A stretch of 64,000 nt of DNA from Candidatus Obscuribacterales bacterium (lineage in GTDB: Bacteria; Cyanobacteriota; Vampirovibrionia; Obscuribacterales; Obscuribacteraceae): positions 1,760,001 to 1,824,000 of the forward strand of contig CBDDIJ010000003.1 in the NCBI GenBank assembly GCA_965228855.1, read 5' to 3'. Position numbers and translations under genes: made by a program. How positions within the stretch are numbered: the first letter of the stretch is position 1; each line of letters starts with the position of its first letter. Below, in pieces: positions 57,242-64,000 of the stretch. The notes beneath the pieces were generated by a model. The model was not told where the DNA came from and did not search any database. It saw only the letters and a list, made by a program, of their open reading frames with translations.

Positions 57242-59047
57242 ATGTTCAGCGGCGCTCCTCCAGTTCATCTCATGTGGTCGAATATGTTCGACCCGAAGAA
57301 ACAGAAAATCGAAAAACCGATCAACTGGTCGCGAATCACGAATCTCTTTCGCCCATACGCTAAAGAAATTGTTTTCGTACTTATCTGTGTTCTTTTCATT
57401 TCAGTTCTCGGACTTCTGCCGCCGCTTCTATCGATGTGGCTCATTGATAAGGCCATTCCATCCGGAAATTTCACAATGGTCATGCAACTGGTCGCCGCGA
57501 TGATTGCCACTGCGCTTGTCGGAGCTTTAGTAGGCGTCGCGCAAGGATACTTCAATGCCACCATAGGCGAAGGCATCATGAGAGACTTGCGCGTCAATCT
57601 AATGGCACACATGCATCGCATGCCACTTGAATTTTTCACAAATACTAAAACCGGGGAGATCATGAATCGCGTCTCCAACGATGTTGACAGCATAGACGGA
57701 TTGGTTTCCGGAACTCTCGTCTCCATGGTCACGAACTTCATTACGATTGCCACCACGCTCGTAACTATCCTGTGGCTCGATTGGAGATTAGCGCTGGTCT
57801 CAATACTCGTGATTCCCTTCATGGTCTTTCCCATGTGGCCCGTTGGGCGAAAGATGTATGAAATAAGGCGCACGACCAGACAGAAGCGCGACGAGATCCA
57901 TGCTATCGAACAGGAAACTCTTTCGGTTTCCGGCATCATGTTGTTGAAATCATTCGTGCGTGAAACCTACGAGCGCGATCGCTTTCACAACCTGAGTACG
58001 GATTTGATGAGGACCGAGATAAGCCTGGCGATGGTGGGTCGCTGGTTTATGGCCGCAATTGCAGCGATGGTGACAATCGGACCATCGATTATCTGGCTTG
58101 CTGGAGGCTGGCTCTGCATCAAGGAAGGAATAACGGTCGGCACTGTCGTATCTTTCGTCGCGCTGCTTACGAGATTGTATACACCTGCGGCTGCTCTTGC
58201 CGGCGTTCAAACTCAGATAGTCAGCGCTCTTGCGGTTTTCGAGCGCATATTCGACTACCTGGACATGCACGAAGAGAGCACTAAAACCAGTGGGCTCGCA
58301 CTGGAGAAAGTAAACGGCGATATTAGATTCGAGAATGTCAGTTTCTCATACACCGACCGTGCCGATGCGCTTAAGAATGTGACCATTTCGATAGAAGCTG
58401 GACAGGTAGCGGCTCTCGTCGGACCATCCGGCGCAGGCAAAACGACAATGACAATGCTGGTGCCACGCTTTTACGAACCCCAGGATGGCACCATCACGCT
58501 GGATGGTCGCGACATCACATCCATCGGTTTATCAGAGCTTAGAAAGCACATCGGGATCGTCACACAGGAAACATATCTGTTTCACGACACGATTAAAAAC
58601 AACTTGCGTTATGCGAAACCAGACGCGACAGATGAGCAAATCGAGGCTGCGACCAGAGCCGCTAACATTCACGATTTTATTGCGGCATTGCCGAATGGTT
58701 ACGAAAGCATTGTTGGAGAACGCGGACATAAGCTAAGCGGTGGTGAGCGTCAACGCCTTGCGATTGCGCGCGTGCTTTTGAAAAATCCTCGCGTTTTAAT
58801 CTTCGACGAAGCCACCAGTTCTCTAGACTCAGAGAACGAGACTCTCATACAAGCCGCGCTAGTGCCGCTAATGAAAGGACGAACCAGTTTAGTGATCGCC
58901 CACAGACTGTCCACGATTCAATCAGCGGACAAAATATTCGTAGTGGAAGGCGGAGAGGTCGTAGAATCAGGAGACCACACCACGCTTCTCGCGAAGAATG
59001 GATTGTACTCGCGCCTGTATAAACAGCAGTTTCGCGAAGGTGCTTAG
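57242..59047 (+). CDS. ABC exporter, fused permease/ATPase (MsbA/MdlB-like)
   Basis: TM domain then GPSGAGKT, VTQE, LSGGERQR, FDEATSSLD, IAHRLST. Confidence 0.95.
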   Translation: MFSGAPPVHLMWSNMFDPKKQKIEKPINWSRITNLFRPYAKEIVFVLICVLFISVLGLLPPLLSMWLIDKAIPSGNFTMVMQLVAAMIATALVGALVGVAQGYFNATIGEGIMRDLRVNLMAHMHRMPLEFFTNTKTGEIMNRVSNDVDSIDGLVSGTLVSMVTNFITIATTLVTILWLDWRLALVSILVIPFMVFPMWPVGRKMYEIRRTTRQKRDEIHAIEQETLSVSGIMLLKSFVRETYERDRFHNLSTDLMRTEISLAMVGRWFMAAIAAMVTIGPSIIWLAGGWLCIKEGITVGTVVSFVALLTRLYTPAAALAGVQTQIVSALAVFERIFDYLDMHEESTKTSGLALEKVNGDIRFENVSFSYTDRADALKNVTISIEAGQVAALVGPSGAGKTTMTMLVPRFYEPQDGTITLDGRDITSIGLSELRKHIGIVTQETYLFHDTIKNNLRYAKPDATDEQIEAATRAANIHDFIAALPNGYESIVGERGHKLSGGERQRLAIARVLLKNPRVLIFDEATSSLDSENETLIQAALVPLMKGRTSLVIAHRLSTIQSADKIFVVEGGEVVESGDHTTLLAKNGLYSRLYKQQFREGA

Positions 59048-59157
59048 TTTAAATCGGCAAGTGGAACGGTATCCGCTGCTTGTTTTACGGCATTTTCTTC
59101 ACCACATATACGATCGATAGCCTCGACTAGCCGCACGGGCTGCGGTAAAATCCCGAC

Positions 59158-59883
59158 ATGCATACTGACAAAATCCCACGAAAGAACTCCGACAAAGCTG
59201 AATACCAGCGTAGTGACGAGCTGCGGACGATTCCACTTCCGCCGGAGGAGCCTGCGCGAACCCAGTCGCTCGCTATCAAAGCCGCCCTGGCAGCGGACGA
59301 TAAGAAGGCCCTGCAAATCGCCTGTAAAGACTTGCTGGAAACGCTAGCCACCGCATACGGTGTCGCAGCTCCAAAGATAAAAGTTCTGGCGAGCAGACCG
59401 CAGAAGGTTACAGACAATTGGGTGTTTGAAACCTTTGGTGACTACGATCCGGAGACTACCCAAATTCGGCTCTGGATGAGGACCGCAATTCAAAAGAAGG
59501 CGACCTCATACGGCACATTTCTCTCCACTCTCTGCCACGAATTCTGCCACCACCTCGACATGGTTCAGCTCGACCTACCCGAGACGTATCATACGCGGGG
59601 CTTTTACGAACGAACTGCCGCCATCTACCACCACATCCAGAACACGCCTCACAAGCGCATAGCCTGGCGCGAACAAAAGGATGGTACTTATGCGGTAGAT
59701 TGGTCGCAAATGCGAAGAGAGGCAGCGCCGAACGGTCCGAAGTCAAATGTCGCAACATCCAACAATCCGACCGATTCGACCTCTGCTAGCTCATCATCTT
59801 CCGGTTCAAAATCCTCTTCTCAAACTCGTGTAGTGCCACCAAAAGCCTATGTGCCTGAGGTGATTCAGCAGAAGCTGTTTTAG
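59158..59883 (+). CDS. HExxH zinc-metallopeptidase-like protein (SprT/YgjP-like)
   Basis: STLCHEFCHHLD...YHTRGFY; Ser-rich tail. Confidence 0.78.
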   Translation: MHTDKIPRKNSDKAEYQRSDELRTIPLPPEEPARTQSLAIKAALAADDKKALQIACKDLLETLATAYGVAAPKIKVLASRPQKVTDNWVFETFGDYDPETTQIRLWMRTAIQKKATSYGTFLSTLCHEFCHHLDMVQLDLPETYHTRGFYERTAAIYHHIQNTPHKRIAWREQKDGTYAVDWSQMRREAAPNGPKSNVATSNNPTDSTSASSSSSGSKSSSQTRVVPPKAYVPEVIQQKLF

Positions 59884-61241
59884 CCACGCGCCGTCGGACG
59901 GTGCTGATTTTGCGTCGTGTCGATACTAGCGACTGCAGCTCCTGACGGTTTCTCGGCCATTGCAATCAACTCAGCGGCTTCGTCCATGCTGGCATTTACT
60001 TTTCGCGCATAATCGGCCGGTTCCGCCGGTCGCTGTGATGCGGCAGCTGCCTTGCCTGGATCAGAATAGTTCTGATCGATCTTTGCTAAGTTGCCGAGCG
60101 ATACCTCCGCGTTCGTTCTTGGATCAAACGCCTGCTCCTTGGTTAGACCTGCGTCAGTAAGCATTCCACCCTTGTGCAATTGATAGAGACCAAAACTCGT
60201 GCCGTTATCACCAACAGCTCTGTTATCACCACCGCTCTCTACCAGCATCATTGCAACTGCGAGTTTAGGATCTACGCCAACTTCTTTCGCGACCTCTACA
60301 ACCGTTTTCACGTTGTTTAAAACAGTCTGCTGGTCAGCGTTCGGAGTGGAACCGCTGGACGCTCTCTCGCTGTGCTCGCCGCCGCTGCGATATCTTCCCC
60401 CTTGATCGAAGCCGGCGCCCTGTCCGTCACCGCCACCACGACCGCTACCACCAAAATTTTGCATAAACGGCATTCCGCCACCACCAGCAGTACCGCCTCC
60501 CATATTGCCACCAGGTCCCATTGGAGGAACATCAGACTTCGGCGAGGAAGGAGCCTGGCGAGAAGGCGCCGGTTGCGGCTGCCTCTCTTGAGGTTGAACC
60601 TGCGGGCGAGGATTAGCCTGGCGCATGGGAACCGGCTGCGTATCAGTGGGTACGTCCGGCTGACTGTGAAGAATGTCATTCCACCAGCCCGGATAATTGG
60701 TGCCCGGATGATTAACCTGCCATGCAGCTATCAACTCGCGATAATACTCTTTCAAACCTTTGTCGGCTTCGGCCAGCGCCTTTTGCAGGTCTTTGCCTTT
60801 CGTGTCCATCTCAATGTTCAACTCGCCGTCAGCAAGCGGGTCGCCATCGCCGACCTTCTCCAGCACGAGTTGCCCGTTATCCCCTTGGACGACTCGATAA
60901 TCGGGCTGTGTGCCACTCGCCTGATTTTCTGCGGCACTGCTCAGTTTTAATGACTGGGCGCCTTGCAATTGTTGTGATATCACCGAGTCCAACATCGGTG
61001 TCGACGTAGCCGGAGCTGAGACCTCTGCTGCCGGCGCGACCACTTCTATTCTCGGTGCAGCCTTGTATGGATTCGTCAGCGTCAGACTTTCCACGCTGGC
61101 GGGAGAAAGCTGCACGTCTGCCGAGGGACGCGGAGCTGCATAGCTCTGTGTGAGCGCCGAATCTCCAAAAAACCGGTCTGACAAATCGGGCAGCGAATCC
61201 GCTCCCCGTCCAGCTCCTAGTTCCATTCCCTTATGAGACAT
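59880..61241 (-). CDS. Protein with C-terminal lytic transglycosylase (SLT-like) domain
   Basis: AKEVGVDPKLAVAMMLVESGG, SFGLYQL, AFDPRTNA; long Pro/Gln/Gly-rich N-terminal region; AAGG RBS-like context unclear. Confidence 0.85.
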   Translation of the reverse strand: MSHKGMELGAGRGADSLPDLSDRFFGDSALTQSYAAPRPSADVQLSPASVESLTLTNPYKAAPRIEVVAPAAEVSAPATSTPMLDSVISQQLQGAQSLKLSSAAENQASGTQPDYRVVQGDNGQLVLEKVGDGDPLADGELNIEMDTKGKDLQKALAEADKGLKEYYRELIAAWQVNHPGTNYPGWWNDILHSQPDVPTDTQPVPMRQANPRPQVQPQERQPQPAPSRQAPSSPKSDVPPMGPGGNMGGGTAGGGGMPFMQNFGGSGRGGGDGQGAGFDQGGRYRSGGEHSERASSGSTPNADQQTVLNNVKTVVEVAKEVGVDPKLAVAMMLVESGGDNRAVGDNGTSFGLYQLHKGGMLTDAGLTKEQAFDPRTNAEVSLGNLAKIDQNYSDPGKAAAASQRPAEPADYARKVNASMDEAAELIAMAEKPSGAAVASIDTTQNQHRPTARG

Positions 61242-61605
61242 CTGCGACCTGTTGATTCCGTCAAGAAACGAGTAACCTACCTATCAGGGTCAGGCTTCTT
61301 CTCTGCAAGCAACTGCTGAATCAACAACGAGTATAGCTCTCCGAGCATTACGGAGATGTGATTATCGACTGAGTTTGACTCACCGCAATGCGGTCAATTT
61401 GATCACCGGGAGCGAGCCGATGTCGAGCAGCGTCTTGCTTTCTCACTAATTGGGAATGCGAGCGATTCCAGAACGAATAAATTGTCAATCAGTGAGCGCG
61501 AGATTTGAGTCTATTCCAAAATTTCGATTTTTGGACAATTAATTTTGATATTCCGTGGGGTAATCACGAATGGTTTATGATGTTGGCGACTTCGACAAAA
61601 CATTC

Positions 61606-63264
61606 ATGAAAGAAATTACTCGACGCCGTTTCATCAAAAGCTCCGTCATCGGAGCCACCATGTTTGCCGCTGGAAAGCTTGACCTTGCTGCGATTGCAGA
61701 CGACGCCACCGGAGAGAAAACCGTTCCTGTCGATTCGCCGCTCGCTGATTCCTTTAAGAGCCTTCTAAGTAGCTTGAAGGTCAAGGGGCGGGTTGTCACC
61801 GCGTTAGACTCGGATTACCTGAATGCCCGCGAGGACTACAACGGTAGATTCAACTCTCATCCCAGAGCAATCGTTTATTGCGAAAACGAGCTTGATGTCA
61901 GCGAAACCATAAAATGGGCTCGCCAAAACCGACTCAGAGTTTCCATCCGCAGCGGTGGCCATAGCTACGAAGGATTTTCAGTAGTAGACGACGGCATTGT
62001 CATTGACGTAAGCAAGCTCGATAAGATTGCCATAGATTCGAAGAAGAAAACAGCGACAGTCGGCTCCGGTGTAACTCTGCTTCCTTTATATCAGGCGTTA
62101 TGGGCTAAAGGAATGGTTGTGCCTGCCGGCTCCTGCTCGTCGGTTGGAATAGGCGGCTCGACTCTAGGAGGCGGTTTCGGTCTGCTGGCAAGAAATATGG
62201 GATTGACGTGCGACAACTTGATTGGTGTAAAACTGGTCGACGCAAACGGCAAGGTGCTCGAAGCCAACGACACGGAGAATAGCGATCTCCTCTGGGCATG
62301 CAAAGGCGGTGGCGGAGGAAATTTTGGGGTCGTGACGGAATTCACGTTCAAAACACATGCGATTCAGAACGTCACCATATTCAGAGTCAAATGGAAGTAT
62401 GATGACATGGCGGCTGTCATCAAGGCGTGGCAGAAATGGGCTCCCCATGCGGACGATCGAGTTACATGCGTTTTGACGATGACATCGAAGAAGTCGAACA
62501 GAGTGTCATGCGTGGGAGTCTTCCTCGGGAGTCAATCGGAAATTCGAAAGCAGATTGCGCCCCTGATTCAGGTCCCCGCGCCCATCAGTGTAACTGTTAA
62601 TACCTCAAGCTGGATGGATGCCGTCATGCGTTTTTCCGGCTTGCCCAAGTCTAAACCGACAGAGGCTTCCGCAAACCGCTCCGATACCAGAGGCGGTGCG
62701 CCAGTAACGAGTCAGAAAACAGCGCAAAAACTTGCCCTCGCTCCTGCTGCGATTTCAGCACGCAGCACTCAACCGACGGCACCACCGGATACGGTGCACA
62801 TGCACATTCATCCACGCTTTAAAAACACATCGGATTACGTAAATAAGGAACTGACTGATGAGGGAATACACACGATCGTGAGTTTTCTGGAACATCCCCC
62901 CGTCGACAGCAGCTGCCTCCAGTTCGATAGTTACGGCGGAAGAATTACTCAAATACCCGTTACTGATACCGCCTTTTGCCATCGCGCCGATACGAAATTT
63001 TGCATGCACTATCAAATAAGTTGGCGCAATCCATCACAAGACGAGCGGAACATGCAATGGGTCAATGACTTCAAGAAAGCTATGAAACCTCACGTCTCAG
63101 GCTTCACCTACGTCAACTATTGCGACCGCGAGATTGAGGACTTTTCTCGCAGTTACTACGGAAATAACTTGGAACGTTTAATCGAGATCAAAAAGAAATA
63201 CGATCCGAGTAACTTCTTCAGTTTCGCCCAAAGTATTCCGATGGAACCTAGTCCAAAACTTTAA
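61606..63264 (+). CDS. Tat-exported FAD-linked oxidoreductase (berberine-bridge-enzyme-like)
   Basis: TRRRFIK Tat motif; RSGGHSYEG, GSCSSVGIGG, GGGGGNFGVVT, YVNY, KKKYDPSNFF. Confidence 0.92.
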   Translation: MKEITRRRFIKSSVIGATMFAAGKLDLAAIADDATGEKTVPVDSPLADSFKSLLSSLKVKGRVVTALDSDYLNAREDYNGRFNSHPRAIVYCENELDVSETIKWARQNRLRVSIRSGGHSYEGFSVVDDGIVIDVSKLDKIAIDSKKKTATVGSGVTLLPLYQALWAKGMVVPAGSCSSVGIGGSTLGGGFGLLARNMGLTCDNLIGVKLVDANGKVLEANDTENSDLLWACKGGGGGNFGVVTEFTFKTHAIQNVTIFRVKWKYDDMAAVIKAWQKWAPHADDRVTCVLTMTSKKSNRVSCVGVFLGSQSEIRKQIAPLIQVPAPISVTVNTSSWMDAVMRFSGLPKSKPTEASANRSDTRGGAPVTSQKTAQKLALAPAAISARSTQPTAPPDTVHMHIHPRFKNTSDYVNKELTDEGIHTIVSFLEHPPVDSSCLQFDSYGGRITQIPVTDTAFCHRADTKFCMHYQISWRNPSQDERNMQWVNDFKKAMKPHVSGFTYVNYCDREIEDFSRSYYGNNLERLIEIKKKYDPSNFFSFAQSIPMEPSPKL

Positions 63265-64000
63265 CGTGTTCGAATTCGAAGGGCAGCATGGCGCTGCACT
63301 CCTCAAACTTGCTTTCCAGATGCTCGTACGAGTCGGCACCAATGTTGACCAACCCGTAGCGAAAACTTCCGGCATCCTGAATTTGGTCGGAGAGATGCTT
63401 GCCAACTTGAGCAAGTATTTCAACTTTGGCATCAGGATATGTAGCGACAAGACGTTCTAACTCCAACGCACCTGGAACACTTTTCACAAGCCGGTCTTCG
63501 AACGTTCTTAGAACACAACTTCCAGCAACGGGAAACTCGCCGAGTCCGTGCTTGAATTCCGGTCGCTCACCCAGCGCGATTTTCAAAATGGCATCATATG
63601 GGTTGCTACCGTCCACTTTTTCGAACATGTCCCAAAACTGCGATGCCAATCTTGCATTGATCTCGATTATGTGAATCCGCTCAGTGACCGGGTTATACAT
63701 CATCTCGAAGTTGAACGCCGAGTTGTCGTATTTGATACCGCGCAGGTAGCGAACCGCGATGTCACGCATCCGAGATTGAACTGCTTCGGATAAGCATGAC
63801 GGATATTGAAAACGTTTGAACGATATCGTTCCAGGAAACATAAGTGAATCAACGATTCCCATGATCGTGACTTCACCATTGAAAACGAAACCTTCAAGTG
63901 AAACCTGCCAACCTTCGAGCAGCTCCTCAACCAGGAAGTAATCGGCATTGTATTCGAAATTTGAATACTTAGAGATCAGATCATTGAACGGCTTCAGAAA
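63248..64000 (-). CDS. ATP-grasp domain protein, 5' end outside the window
   Basis: Frame is open to 64000 (FLKPFND...FLVEELLEGWQVSLEG...); FNFEMMY, IIEINARLA. Confidence 0.88.
   Translation of the reverse strand, partial: FLKPFNDLISKYSNFEYNADYFLVEELLEGWQVSLEGFVFNGEVTIMGIVDSLMFPGTISFKRFQYPSCLSEAVQSRMRDIAVRYLRGIKYDNSAFNFEMMYNPVTERIHIIEINARLASQFWDMFEKVDGSNPYDAILKIALGERPEFKHGLGEFPVAGSCVLRTFEDRLVKSVPGALELERLVATYPDAKVEILAQVGKHLSDQIQDAGSFRYGLVNIGADSYEHLESKFEECSAMLPFEFEHVKVLD

Noticed and set aside
57265..57939. 224-aa minus-strand ORF
   Set aside because: Antisense shadow of the ABC exporter.
1..64000. rRNA, tRNA, tmRNA, IS elements, prophage, known anti-phage defence operons
   Set aside because: No recognisable signatures by eye; tRNAscan, Infernal and DefenseFinder would be needed to exclude divergent cases.

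Overview
Gene-dense bacterial chromosomal window, about 50 plausible CDSs of mixed orientation. I found no rRNA, tRNA, CRISPR array, transposase or prophage gene. Two Ser/Thr kinase-TM-LRR receptors (one with tandem 'SGSxTQWI' Cys motifs), TPR-hydrolase fusions, orphan TadG/TadE-like genes and many secreted proteins I cannot assign suggest Melainabacteria (Vampirovibrionia, Obscuribacterales-like); this is inference only. Housekeeping and stress genes include a YajO-like aldo/keto reductase, a HAD hydrolase, a DEDDh exonuclease, a glutathione peroxidase, GH13, GH63 and GH16 glycosidases, a GT1, a CPA2 antiporter, two ABC systems, a flap endonuclease and a BBE-like flavoprotein. The strongest non-obvious signals are: (1) a four-segment leader-peptide transcription attenuator (1:2, 2:3 and 3:4 pairings all readable) before an ABC-2 exporter operon at 47.5 kb; (2) a ~180-200 nt structured RNA at 56.65-56.85 kb whose 5' end pairs over ~25 bp with its 3' end in competition with an orphan terminator; (3) a >=898-codon minus-strand ORF missing from the ORF track with YwqK/MORN-like, SUKH-like and HEAT-like regions; (4) unusual fusions: hemerythrin + histone-H1-like tail, membrane-anchored metallothionein-like motif, Cys-less LMW-PTP-like domain + SUI1, and a degenerate Csp-like subtilase. 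All family calls are by motif recognition without database searches.
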